A DNA stretch of 64,000 bases from an uncultured candidate division Zixibacteria bacterium (GTDB lineage: Bacteria > Zixibacteria > MSB-5A5 > GN15 > PGXB01): assembly GCA_963702205.1 (NCBI GenBank), contig OY969724.1, forward strand, positions 3,712,001 through 3,776,000, written 5' to 3'. The notes beneath the pieces were generated by a model. That model saw nothing but the letters and a program-made list of their open reading frames with translations, ran no database searches and was not told the DNA's origin. Position 1 is the stretch's first letter, and every line of letters starts with the position of its first letter. This document shows, piece after piece, positions 48,323 to 58,280 of this stretch. Position numbers and translations under genes: made by a program.

Positions 48323-49321
48323 ATGGATAAGAATTTGACCGACAAAAAAATCCTCGTTACCGGGGCCGATGGCTTTATCGGGTCGCACCTGGTCGAATAC
48401 CTTGTTACGCTGGGCGCAAATATTCGGGCCCTGTCCTACTATAATTCTTTCAATTTCAGAGGCTGGCTCGACGATATCAACGAAAGCGACCGGATTGAAA
48501 TAGTCTCCGGTGATATACGCGATGCCGCCTATTGCCGTTCACTGGTCAAAGATATCGATATGGTCTTCCATTTGGCGGCGCTCATAGCGGTGCCTTATTC
48601 GTACACGGCCCCATCGAGCTACATCGACACCAATGTCAAAGGAACACTTAACATCTGCCAGGCGGCGCTGGACAACGGCGTTGATAGATTGGTACACCTT
48701 TCGACGAGTGAGGTTTACGGTTCAGCCGTGAAAGTACCGATTGACGAAAGCCACCCCCTCCAGCCCCAGTCGCCGTACAGTGCTTCCAAAATCGGGGCCG
48801 ACTCGGTCGCCATGAGCTTTTTCCACGCTTATGGACTGCCCGTGGTCATTGCAAGGCCGTTTAACACCTACGGTCCTCGTCAGTCGGCCCGGGCCATTAT
48901 TCCGACCGTTATCACCCAGCTTGCCGGCGGAGCGAAACAAATCAGACTCGGCAGCCTTTCCCCCACCCGGGATTTTACCTTTGTCACCGACGTCTGCCGC
49001 GGACTGGTCGGGCTGGCCGGATGTGAAAAAGCCGTCGGCGAGACGGTCAACATTGGCACCGGCACCGAAATCTCAATCGCCGATTTATTTGGAAAAATAA
49101 AAAATATCATGGATATCTCGGCCGAATGTACTACCGATCCGGAGCGAATCCGTCCGGAAAAATCCGAAGTCCATCGGCTGGTGTGCGATGCCTCGAAAAT
49201 GAAAGCGCTGACCGGATTCGTCGCGGAGACAAATATCGATAGCGGCCTCACTCTGACCGTGGAGTGGTTTTCCCAAAAGGCCAATCTGGCCTGGTACAAG
49301 GTAGACATCTATAATGTCTAA
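48323..49321 (+). CDS. NDP-sugar 4,6-dehydratase (LegB-like SDR)
   Basis: VTGADGFIGSHL, YYNSFN, LAALIAVPYSY, QSPYSASK and RPFNTYGPRQSARA. Confidence 0.9.
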   Translation: MDKNLTDKKILVTGADGFIGSHLVEYLVTLGANIRALSYYNSFNFRGWLDDINESDRIEIVSGDIRDAAYCRSLVKDIDMVFHLAALIAVPYSYTAPSSYIDTNVKGTLNICQAALDNGVDRLVHLSTSEVYGSAVKVPIDESHPLQPQSPYSASKIGADSVAMSFFHAYGLPVVIARPFNTYGPRQSARAIIPTVITQLAGGAKQIRLGSLSPTRDFTFVTDVCRGLVGLAGCEKAVGETVNIGTGTEISIADLFGKIKNIMDISAECTTDPERIRPEKSEVHRLVCDASKMKALTGFVAETNIDSGLTLTVEWFSQKANLAWYKVDIYNV

Positions 49322-50030
49322 GCGGGCCGTGATTCTGGCCGGAGGCACCGGCAGCCGTCTGCGGCCATACACGATAACCCTGCCCAAGCCCTTGGTACCG
49401 GTCGGCGATCTGCCCATTCTGGAAATCGTGATCCGCCAATTGTCACATTACGGATTTGACCATATCACGCTGGCGGTCGGTTATCAGGCCGGGATCATAC
49501 AGGCATACTGCACCGATGGCTCCAAGTGGAACGTCAATATGGATTATTCAGAAGAAAAAACGCCGCTCGGCACCGTCGGCCCGCTCAAACAGATCCCCGA
49601 TCTTCCGGATAATTTCCTCGTCATGAACGGCGACGTCCTGACCGATCTCAATTTCGCAGCGTTTTATAATGCACACAACACGGCAAAAAATCTTTTCACC
49701 ATCGCATCATACAAACGGCGACAGGTTACCGATTTCGGGGTGCTTCAGGTATCAACTGAGGGTTATCTCGCCGGCTTTGAAGAAAAACCGGCCGTGGAAC
49801 ACGACGTCAGCATGGGCGTCTATATGGCCTCCAGAGAAATCCTGGCATTCATTCCCGAAAATAAACCGTACGGTTTCGATCAACTGGTCCTGGACCTTAT
49901 CGCAAGAAAGCGGCCACCGGCGGTAATACACCACGACGGAGCCTGGCTGGATATCGGACGGCCGGAGGATTATCAAACCGCAGTCGACGAATTCGACCGC
50001 AATCGTGACAAATACCTGAAAGGCCAATAA
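49314..50030 (+). CDS. sugar-phosphate nucleotidyltransferase
   Basis: AVILAGGTGSRLRPYT..LPKPL, PLGT.GPL and WLDIGRP. Confidence 0.9.
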   Translation: MSKRAVILAGGTGSRLRPYTITLPKPLVPVGDLPILEIVIRQLSHYGFDHITLAVGYQAGIIQAYCTDGSKWNVNMDYSEEKTPLGTVGPLKQIPDLPDNFLVMNGDVLTDLNFAAFYNAHNTAKNLFTIASYKRRQVTDFGVLQVSTEGYLAGFEEKPAVEHDVSMGVYMASREILAFIPENKPYGFDQLVLDLIARKRPPAVIHHDGAWLDIGRPEDYQTAVDEFDRNRDKYLKGQ

Positions 50031-51161
50031 GTGGACTGGAAAATCAGTCTGACCGAACCCGACCTCGACGATGATGACGTCAAAGCGGTCACCGACGTTA
50101 TTAGAAGCGGCTGGCTGACTATGGGGCCGAAAGTGGCAGAGTTCGAACGACTCTGGTGTGAAAAAACCGGTTCTAAATATGCCCGCGCGGTATCGAGCGG
50201 CACGGCGGCATTGCATCTTTCATTCATGGCGCTCGGTCTGGGACTCGGCGATGAAGTCATCTGCCCGGCCCTGTCGTTCGTGGCTTCAGCCAACGCCGTG
50301 CGGTATGTCGGTGCCAGAGTCGTCTTTGCCGATGTTATCTCCGCTCATGATCTGACTATCGATCCCGACGACATCGAAGCCAAAATTACGTCCAAAACGC
50401 GGGCGATACTGGTTATGCATTTCGGCGGCTACATGTGCGATATGAATCGCATTCTCGATCTGGCAAAGAAGCATAATCTATATATAATCGAAGACGCCGC
50501 CCACGCCCCTCTGGCCGTTTGGAAAAATGACGACGGCGAATCCCGCACGGCCGGGGCCATCGGGGATTGTGGAGCGTTCAGCTTCTACGGCAATAAAAAT
50601 ATGACGACCGGTGAAGGCGGCATGGTAACCACCAACTCCGAGGATTTGGCCGAGAAATTAAAACTGCTCCGCTCGCACGGTATGACCAGCGCCACTTATG
50701 ATCGGCACACCGGCAAAGCGTCGTCTTATGATGTCGTTACGACCGGATACAACTACCGCATGGATGACATCCGGGCGGCGCTGGGAATAAATCAATTAAA
50801 GAAACTCGCGGACAACACACAAAAGCGCCGTGAGATAACCGGATGGTACCGCGAGATGCTCGGCAAAAATAACAACATCATAATTCCCTTTGCCGATCGC
50901 GACCTGTCAGTCTCGGCCTGTCACCTGATGGTCATAATCTCCAGAAATAATCCCGAAACCGTCAAGCAGGCGCTCAATGACGCCGGAATTCAAACCAGCC
51001 AACACTATACCCTGATTCCCGATTTCAAGGATTTCGGAGGAGAAACTTTTAAGCCCAAAGATAGATTGATATATAATTCGTTGACTATCCCGCTCCATGC
51101 CAAAATAACCAAAGAGCAGGTAGTTTTCATTGCCGACATTGTTAATAAAGCCTCATCCTGA
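50031..51161 (+). CDS. DegT/DnrJ/EryC1/StrS sugar aminotransferase
   Basis: SSGTAALH, EDAAHA, FSFYGNKNMTTGEGG and GYNYRM. Confidence 0.9.
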   Translation: MDWKISLTEPDLDDDDVKAVTDVIRSGWLTMGPKVAEFERLWCEKTGSKYARAVSSGTAALHLSFMALGLGLGDEVICPALSFVASANAVRYVGARVVFADVISAHDLTIDPDDIEAKITSKTRAILVMHFGGYMCDMNRILDLAKKHNLYIIEDAAHAPLAVWKNDDGESRTAGAIGDCGAFSFYGNKNMTTGEGGMVTTNSEDLAEKLKLLRSHGMTSATYDRHTGKASSYDVVTTGYNYRMDDIRAALGINQLKKLADNTQKRREITGWYREMLGKNNNIIIPFADRDLSVSACHLMVIISRNNPETVKQALNDAGIQTSQHYTLIPDFKDFGGETFKPKDRLIYNSLTIPLHAKITKEQVVFIADIVNKASS

Positions 51162-51259
51162 AAGTCGTGATTAATTTCTTCTCCGAGATTTCTATTGTCC
51201 GCGACAACAAAATGTGTTAATTACGCTGTATAAAAAAGAATCACCTTTGAGGAATAGAT

Positions 51260-52213
51260 ATGTCGAAAAATTTCGCCCTGACAGGCGCCTCGGGCTACGT
51301 TGCTCCGAGACATTTAAAGGCCATCCGCGATTCCGGCAATACCCTGGTGGCCGCGGTTGACCCCCACGATTCGGTCGGGATTCTTGACAGTTATTTTCGT
51401 GAAGTTCGCTTCTTCACTGAATTCGAACGTTTTGACCGCCACGTCGAGAAACTCCGCCGTCTGGACGACGACAAACAGGTGCATTATGTCAGTATATGTT
51501 CGCCCAATTACCTGCATGACGCCCACTGCCGGTTTGCCCTGCGGGTCGGGGCCGATGCCATCTGCGAAAAGCCGCTGGTTTTGAATCCCTGGAATATAGA
51601 TGCCTTAAAAGAACTCGAAGAAGAAAGCGGCCACAGGATTTATACTATTCTTCAGCTGCGGGTGCATCCGTCGATGATTGAACTCCGCAATAAACTCCGC
51701 GAGCAGTTGAGCAACACCCGCAAAGACGTGCGGTTGACCTATATCACCTCGCGCGGTTTGTGGTATCTGGTTTCGTGGAAAGGCCAGGCTGAGCGCTCCG
51801 GCGGTCTCGCGACCAATATCGGTATTCATTTCTTCGATATATTAATGTGGCTGTTCGGTGAAGTGAAGCAGAGTGAAGTGCATTTCGCCTCGCCGACCAA
51901 AACCGGCGGATATATCGAGCTCAATAACGCCCGGGTCCAGTGGTTCCTGTCGATCGACGCCGAAGACCTGCCTCCCGAAATAAAAGAAAAAGGACAGGCC
52001 ACCTACCGTTCGATTACCATGGACGGCGAGGAGATGGAATTTTCGGGCGGTTTTACCGACCTTCATACGGTCGTCTATAAAGAAACTCTGGCCGGTCATG
52101 GGTTCGGGCTCGAGGACGCGCGGCCGTCGATTGAACTGGTGCACGGCATCCGCAACGGAAATATGACCGGGATAAAAGAGCATTCGCACCCCTACGTGGC
52201 GCGTTTGAAATAG
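51260..52213 (+). CDS. UDP-GlcNAcA 3-dehydrogenase (WbpB/WlbA-like Gfo/Idh/MocA)
   Basis: GYVAPRHLKAI, FFTEFERFDRH, ICSPNYLHDAH and SGG.ATNIGIHFFD. Confidence 0.85.
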   Translation: MSKNFALTGASGYVAPRHLKAIRDSGNTLVAAVDPHDSVGILDSYFREVRFFTEFERFDRHVEKLRRLDDDKQVHYVSICSPNYLHDAHCRFALRVGADAICEKPLVLNPWNIDALKELEEESGHRIYTILQLRVHPSMIELRNKLREQLSNTRKDVRLTYITSRGLWYLVSWKGQAERSGGLATNIGIHFFDILMWLFGEVKQSEVHFASPTKTGGYIELNNARVQWFLSIDAEDLPPEIKEKGQATYRSITMDGEEMEFSGGFTDLHTVVYKETLAGHGFGLEDARPSIELVHGIRNGNMTGIKEHSHPYVARLK

Positions 52214-52279
52214 ACGACCCCGGCACTCCACTCTTTTATATTCCCTTTGGCGTCCCGATGTATTATAGTCACGTCGGAG

Positions 52280-53584
52280 ATGCTCGAATACATTAAAAAC
52301 AAACTAAAACCCGGAAGTTTCTCCCGGCACGTCCTGGACCTGATGACCGGTTCGGTCCTGGCCCAGGGGATAATCGCCCTTTCAGCCCCAATTCTTACCC
52401 GTCTTTACTCACCGTCCGAGTTCGGCCTACTGGCTCTTTACATTTCGATCGTCTCGATCGGCTCTGTTGTCATGTGCTGGCGCTATGAATTGGCGGTAGT
52501 CCTTCCCGAAAACGATAAAGACGCTCTGAATCTATTATTTCTCGCGATGATAATCACGGCGGTGATGTCGGTCGTGTCGTTTATTATAATTATATTCTTT
52601 CGCGGATTTCTGGCGGGACTATTATCCACCCCGGCGATATCGCCCTGGTTTCTGGCGGTCCCGATCAGTTTCGCGGCGACTGGATTTTATATGGCTTTGA
52701 ACTATTGGTACAGTCGCAAAAAAGAATTTCAGCTTATCGCCAAATCGCGCGTAGGTCTGGCCGTAACCACCGTCGGAATACAGGCCGGTTCGGGAATCTC
52801 TTTTGAGTCGGCCATGCTCGGCCTCATCGGCGGGCAGATTTTAGGCCGTATAGTCTCGGCTTTAATATTACTTTATAGATTCATCCGCAAGGACTGGCGG
52901 CAGTTCGTTAAATCAATAAGTCTCGAACGTATTAAGAAGATGGCCGCGCAGTACCGTAAGTACCCCGCCTATTCGACCTGGCCCGCGTTTATAGATACTT
53001 TCACTATGTCGCTACCCGTGCTTTTTATCACCAAATACTTTGGCGCCGAGCTTTTGGGATTTTTCGCGGTTTCTGTGCGCGTTCTTCAAATTCCCCTGAC
53101 TTTTATCGGAGCATCTATCGGACAGGTCTATTTTCAGGAACTGGCCCGCGAAAAAAACCGGACCGACGATATATCCAAACTGGTCGAAAAGACTTTTACC
53201 CGGCTGCTTGTAATTGGCGTGCTGATCGGTGTCGTGCTCGTCGTCGGCGGCCCAGTGCTTTTTTCTATCGTGTTCGGGCGCGACTGGATCACCGCCGGAT
53301 ACATCGCGCAGATTTTGGCCCCGGCGATGGCTCTGCGCTTTGTAACGTCGCCCCTGACAACCGTGTTCGGTGTCAACAACCGCCAGGAGGTCTCAGCCTT
53401 ATGGCAGATCGGGGCGTTGGTTTGCACTTCGGCGGCACTCTTCATCGGGCTTTCGGTAGATAACCACCTCGGAGTTATTTACGCGCTGGCCGTTAACGAT
53501 TTGTTTATTTATGCCGTTTATCTGGTACTGGTGTTTAGAATTTCAAAAGCCAGTTTCAGGCGGGCGTTAAGATTGGCGACTTGA
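52280..53584 (+). CDS. Wzx-type oligosaccharide flippase
   Basis: PILTRLYSP.EFG, RYELAVVLP and IGQVYFQ, with about 12 TMs. Confidence 0.85.
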   Translation: MLEYIKNKLKPGSFSRHVLDLMTGSVLAQGIIALSAPILTRLYSPSEFGLLALYISIVSIGSVVMCWRYELAVVLPENDKDALNLLFLAMIITAVMSVVSFIIIIFFRGFLAGLLSTPAISPWFLAVPISFAATGFYMALNYWYSRKKEFQLIAKSRVGLAVTTVGIQAGSGISFESAMLGLIGGQILGRIVSALILLYRFIRKDWRQFVKSISLERIKKMAAQYRKYPAYSTWPAFIDTFTMSLPVLFITKYFGAELLGFFAVSVRVLQIPLTFIGASIGQVYFQELAREKNRTDDISKLVEKTFTRLLVIGVLIGVVLVVGGPVLFSIVFGRDWITAGYIAQILAPAMALRFVTSPLTTVFGVNNRQEVSALWQIGALVCTSAALFIGLSVDNHLGVIYALAVNDLFIYAVYLVLVFRISKASFRRALRLAT

Positions 53585-53588
53585 TAAT

Positions 53589-55577
53589 ATGTGTGGAATC
53601 GCGGGCATATTATTTTTCGATGGCGATCACGGCGGCGTAGCGCAGACGCTTTGCCGTATGTCATCGGCTATGAAACATCGCGGTCCCGACGACGAGGGCT
53701 TTTTGGTACTCGGAACTGATGACACTTCGCCGAAAGCATTTAAAAGCGATAGTACAGTAGTACCGGATACAAACCGACCGCACTTTTTCCCCGAAAATCA
53801 TATCGAAGCGGCTTTCAATAATCGCATATACCTGGGCCTGGCGCACCGGCGCTTGTCGATTATCGACTTGAGCGTCTGCGGCCATCAACCAATGTCTACT
53901 TCAGATGGGCGGTACTGGATTGTCCACAACGGCGAAGTTTACAATTTCGCTGAAATCCGGAGCCAGATCGAATCGGTTGGCGAGACATTTATCAGCCAAA
54001 GCGATACCGAGGTCATTCTCAAAGCCTATCGCCGCTGGGGTGAGGCGGCGCTGGTGCGTTTCAACGGCATGTTCGCCTTCGCCATCTGGGACAACCGGGA
54101 AAAACGCCTGTTCTGCGCCCGCGACAGGATCGGCATCAAGCCGTTTTACTTCGTGCTCAATGACAAATTTTTCCTTTTCGCCTCGGACATCAAGACCATC
54201 ATCGCATCGGGTCTATACCGTTCCGAAATCGACCCGGAAGGCTTTTATCACAACTTAAGCTTCGGCGTGGCGCCGCGTCCGATGACCGCCTTCAAAAACG
54301 TCCGGGCCCTCGAACCGGGTTGCTGGATGACGATTGACACCGATGGCCAGCACAAAAATCACCGATACTGGAACGTCCCGGTCGGGACACAAGACAAAGA
54401 CTTGACCGAAGCTGTTGCCGCGGACATGCTTGAAGACGCTCTCCAAAAATCAATCCGGTTGCGGCTTATCGCCGACGTGCCGGTCGGGACTTTCATGAGC
54501 GGCGGTATCGACTCGACCACGGTCGCGGCCATAGCCGCCCGGAACCACCCCGGCATTACGGCTTTCACGCTGACCTATGAATCCGCCGCCGCTGAACACA
54601 ACGAAGTGGAACAAGCCCGAGCCACCGCCGACATGCATGATATGAAGCACGTCGTTTTGAAAGTCAAAGCCGAAGCAGTGATGGACCATATTGAGGAAAT
54701 GATACTGTGCTATGAAGAGCCGTACTATACACTCTCCCCGAATTTTATTATCTCAAAGCTGGTCGCGGAAAACAATTTCACAGCCGTTTTGAACGGCCTC
54801 GGGGGCGACGAACTCTTTGCGGGCTACCCCTGGTACACCTGGCTGCCCAAATGGCGACTGGCAAGAAAACTTCGACCGATAATAAAGCCTCTGGCCTCTA
54901 TGGGTCACCGGTGGCGGAAACTGGATTATATCAGTGGTCTCCAAAGCGCCGACCGCCTTCATTCGGCTTTGCTGTCAATCAACGACGAATCCGATAAGCG
55001 GTCATTATTGGCTGACAGCCAATATCGTGAATTCAATTCCATCGAACGCATCCACGAGCTTTATGTTGGAAACAATGCTGGCTTTACCGACGATCTCGAA
55101 GCCTTCGCCTATATGGACATTAAAAACTACATCGGCAACCATCAGGTCAACCGCCTCGACCAGTTCACCATGCGCTTTTCGATCGAGGGGCGTTTCCCCC
55201 TGCTTGATCACAATCTTGTCGAAACGGCTTTTAAAATCCCCGGACGACTGAAAATACAGAATGGCGAGCAGAAATATATTTTAAGAAAAGTCGCCTCAAA
55301 ATATATCCACCGAAGCTGCCTCGATATGAAAAAGAAGGGCTTCAATCTCCCGATGCCGCTCTGGATCGGTCGAGAACTGCAGCCGCTGGTTCGCGACAAA
55401 ATCGAAAGCCTTAAAAAGCGCCGCATATTTGACAGTCAAACCATCGACGGAATCTATCGCTCGGTAACAAATAAAAATCTCCCCTATTATCCTCTCTGGC
55501 AACTGGTTGCGATTGAATTCTGGCTGGAGAAATTTCTCGATCCGGTCGTCCAACTTGCTGAAATATCGACCTCATAA
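53589..55577 (+). CDS. asnB: asparagine synthase-like glutamine amidotransferase (polysaccharide amidation)
   Basis: MCGIAG, HRGPD, HRRLSIIDLS, RDRIGIKPF, SGGIDS and GGDELFAGY. Confidence 0.9.
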   Translation: MCGIAGILFFDGDHGGVAQTLCRMSSAMKHRGPDDEGFLVLGTDDTSPKAFKSDSTVVPDTNRPHFFPENHIEAAFNNRIYLGLAHRRLSIIDLSVCGHQPMSTSDGRYWIVHNGEVYNFAEIRSQIESVGETFISQSDTEVILKAYRRWGEAALVRFNGMFAFAIWDNREKRLFCARDRIGIKPFYFVLNDKFFLFASDIKTIIASGLYRSEIDPEGFYHNLSFGVAPRPMTAFKNVRALEPGCWMTIDTDGQHKNHRYWNVPVGTQDKDLTEAVAADMLEDALQKSIRLRLIADVPVGTFMSGGIDSTTVAAIAARNHPGITAFTLTYESAAAEHNEVEQARATADMHDMKHVVLKVKAEAVMDHIEEMILCYEEPYYTLSPNFIISKLVAENNFTAVLNGLGGDELFAGYPWYTWLPKWRLARKLRPIIKPLASMGHRWRKLDYISGLQSADRLHSALLSINDESDKRSLLADSQYREFNSIERIHELYVGNNAGFTDDLEAFAYMDIKNYIGNHQVNRLDQFTMRFSIEGRFPLLDHNLVETAFKIPGRLKIQNGEQKYILRKVASKYIHRSCLDMKKKGFNLPMPLWIGRELQPLVRDKIESLKKRRIFDSQTIDGIYRSVTNKNLPYYPLWQLVAIEFWLEKFLDPVVQLAEISTS

Positions 55578-55727
55578 TAATTGTAATTTGAAACGGAATT
55601 TATTTCCGCCTATCCCTCATAATTTTTCCCCGGCTTAATAAAGTACGTCGTTTTCATGTAAAATCAGACAGCCTCTAATCATTTGTAGCACATCACTATA
55701 CGCCCACGACCTCCTCTGCGGCGATTG

Positions 55728-55745
55728 CGGCACGGTCTTTGATTT
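55728..55745 (+). promoter_or_regulatory. sigma54 -24/-12 promoter candidate (-12 GA variant)
   Basis: CGGCACGGTCTTTGATTT, nearly identical to 36348-36365. Confidence 0.6.
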
Positions 55746-55805
55746 ATGGCTTTACATGATGAAAACGGATTATTGGATTTAATCGCCTGAATTAAGGGGC
55801 AAATT

Positions 55806-56327
55806 ATGACCCGGACTTTATACGAAATCGAAAAAATATCTCGGGAAACCGGCACCGGAGGCGCGATACCATTTGGCCGCTATTATGAGGATTTTCATAT
55901 CGGCGACAAATACCGCCACTGGCCGGGAAAAACCATCACTGAGTCGGATAACAATTTATTCAGCCTGCTGACCATGAACCATCACCCGCTGCATCTCGAC
56001 GCGGCCTATGCCGAAACATCGCAGCACGGACAGGTTCTCGTGGTTGGAACGCTGGTATTCTCACTGGCGGTGGGTCTGACCGTCCGCGACATCAGCGGGC
56101 GCGCCATTGCGAACCTGGGATACGACGAAGTCGAGCATCTGGGGCCGGTTTTTATCGGCGATACGATTTACGCACATTCCGAGGTCATCGACAAACGACC
56201 GTCGAAGACAAAATCGGACCGGGGACTGGTGACATTTATAACTAACGCCTGCAACCAAAACAACAAGCCGGTACTGCGCTTCAAGCGGACAATCCTGGTA
56301 CCCTGCCGGCCGGGCAAGGAGGCTTGA
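55806..56327 (+). CDS. MaoC-family (R)-enoyl-CoA hydratase/dehydratase
   Basis: GRYYEDF, HWPGKTITESDN, TMNHHPLHLD and PVFIGDTIY. Confidence 0.9.
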   Translation: MTRTLYEIEKISRETGTGGAIPFGRYYEDFHIGDKYRHWPGKTITESDNNLFSLLTMNHHPLHLDAAYAETSQHGQVLVVGTLVFSLAVGLTVRDISGRAIANLGYDEVEHLGPVFIGDTIYAHSEVIDKRPSKTKSDRGLVTFITNACNQNNKPVLRFKRTILVPCRPGKEA

Positions 56328-56328
56328 A

Positions 56329-57333
56329 ATGGCCAAACACTATAACGGGCCCTGGATTTTACGGACGCTGCTGTTTACCCCCGGGCACAATGAAAAACTT
56401 ATCGGCAAGGCTTTGAATTCAGACGCCGATTGTGTCGTCCTCGATCTCGAGGACGCTGTCCCAGAAAACTGCAAACAAAAGGCGCGCGAGGTTATCCGCA
56501 AAACTCTGACCACACAAAAGCCGAACGACCTTACGGTCATGGTGCGCATCAATCCCCTCGAAAGTGGTTTGACTCTGCTCGATCTCGATGAAGTCGCCTG
56601 CCGTCAACTCGACGGGATAATCTTCCCCAAGGCGTACTGTGCCGACGATATCAAAGCGCTCGACGCTCAGTTGAGCCTTAAAGAAAAAACTCTGGGTCTG
56701 GAAACGGGACATTTCAATATAATAATTCTGATCGAAACCCCGCGCTCGGTTCTAAACTGCCTCGAAATGGCGACCGCATCCAAGCGCGTGATCGGTCTGC
56801 TTTACGGCTGCGAGGACTACCTGACCGACATGGAAGGCTTCCACGGGCCCGAGGGGCGCTCGCTCCTGGTACCGCGGCATCTGACATCGATGGCCGCCCG
56901 CGCCGCCGGAATCGTGCCAATCGACACACCATACGTCCAGGTGAAAGATGAAACCGGGTTCGAAAAGCACATTACGCAGGGCAGGGAACTGGGTTTCGAA
57001 GGAATCCTGGTGATGACTCCCAAGCAGATTGAAATCGCCCGCAAAATGTACACGCCTTCGGATGAAGATATTAAAGAAGCCAGACACATTGTCACGATGG
57101 CGTCGCAGGCTTCCGAAGACAGCCGGGGCATTGCGATGGCCGGAAACGTCTTTATCTCTCCCCCCACGTTGAAACGGGCAAAAAAAATATTGAAACGACT
57201 CGACGCCATCGACGGTTTTGAAAACTTCCGCCGTCGGACGGTGCATATAGAAGAAACGACCAACCGCCTGAAGCTCATAAGAAAGGCTGCCGAGACGAGC
57301 GCTGAAATTGAGTCGGAAAAAGTATTAGTATGA
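56329..57333 (+). CDS. CitE/malyl-CoA lyase-family CoA-ester lyase
   Basis: RTLLFTPG, LDLEDAV, VRIN, IETP and G.EDY. Confidence 0.9.
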   Translation: MAKHYNGPWILRTLLFTPGHNEKLIGKALNSDADCVVLDLEDAVPENCKQKAREVIRKTLTTQKPNDLTVMVRINPLESGLTLLDLDEVACRQLDGIIFPKAYCADDIKALDAQLSLKEKTLGLETGHFNIIILIETPRSVLNCLEMATASKRVIGLLYGCEDYLTDMEGFHGPEGRSLLVPRHLTSMAARAAGIVPIDTPYVQVKDETGFEKHITQGRELGFEGILVMTPKQIEIARKMYTPSDEDIKEARHIVTMASQASEDSRGIAMAGNVFISPPTLKRAKKILKRLDAIDGFENFRRRTVHIEETTNRLKLIRKAAETSAEIESEKVLV

Positions 57334-57356
57334 AAATAAACTGATCGGAGCGAAAA

Positions 57357-58265
57357 ATGCAGGGAAGCATAGCGACTTCGAAGCCACAAACATCGGAACG
57401 AATCGACAAACACCGCCTGGTCGAAGATTTAAAAAGGCTCGGCGTTCAATCGGGTTATATTTATAATGTAAAAGCATCCCTTAAGGCCATTGGCACCGTC
57501 GAGGGCGGTGCCATAACTGTCGTCGAAGCCTTAATCGAAGCGGTGCAACCGGAGGGGACAATTGTCACCGATTCCTTCGTCGATCCCTTCCCCATGCCCC
57601 TGACAAAAAAACAGGCACAGATACTAAGCAATCGTCACACGCCGTCATACGCCGGAGCGATTGCCAATGCCATGCTCAAACACCCCCAGGCCGAGTGCAG
57701 CCGCCATCCGATACAACGGTTCGTGGCTATCGGACATCACGCCGAAAAACTTATGGCCGACCACAAACCGGACAGCTACGCCTATGACGTATTGAGCGTC
57801 ATGGCCGATTCCGGGATCGGGCGAAATCTTAAAATCGGCCCCGATGAAAAAGTGGTCGGGGTCGGCACCACCCACGTGGCCATCGGCCGCATGGGTTTCC
57901 AACAAAAAAGGAAACCGCACGGCATCAACTACCTCGACGAAAACGGCGAAATCAAACTCTGTAAACGCGATTGGTCCGGCGGCTGCGGGGTCGGTTTCAA
58001 TAATTTCATCCCGCTGTACCGTGAGAAGGGATGCATCTTAAGCGAAGGCTTTATCGGTCAGGCTCCGTCGAAAATCACCGACATGGCCAAAACGCTGGCG
58101 CTTGAGCTGGAAGTGCTTAAAGAAAACCCCCGCTTTTTCCTCTGCCACGATCCGGCCTGTTACGATTGCCGAACAAGCTGGGAGTTCAGCGACGGGTCAG
58201 CCTTTTCCGTTTATCGACACAAGGCTTTAAGACTATTTCACCGATTGATAAACTCCGGGAGTTAG
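57357..58265 (+). CDS. AAC(3)-fold acyltransferase
   Basis: L..DLK.LGV, SLKAIG.VEGGA..V, GTIV, S.HP...F.AIG and TTH. Confidence 0.75.
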   Translation: MQGSIATSKPQTSERIDKHRLVEDLKRLGVQSGYIYNVKASLKAIGTVEGGAITVVEALIEAVQPEGTIVTDSFVDPFPMPLTKKQAQILSNRHTPSYAGAIANAMLKHPQAECSRHPIQRFVAIGHHAEKLMADHKPDSYAYDVLSVMADSGIGRNLKIGPDEKVVGVGTTHVAIGRMGFQQKRKPHGINYLDENGEIKLCKRDWSGGCGVGFNNFIPLYREKGCILSEGFIGQAPSKITDMAKTLALELEVLKENPRFFLCHDPACYDCRTSWEFSDGSAFSVYRHKALRLFHRLINSGS

Positions 58266-58280
58266 GCCTCTTCTGCCGTT

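Noticed and set aside
57357..58265. Aminoglycoside resistance gene
   Set aside because: A divergent AAC(3)-fold gene embedded in a glycan operon with no mobile context. A biosynthetic role is more plausible.
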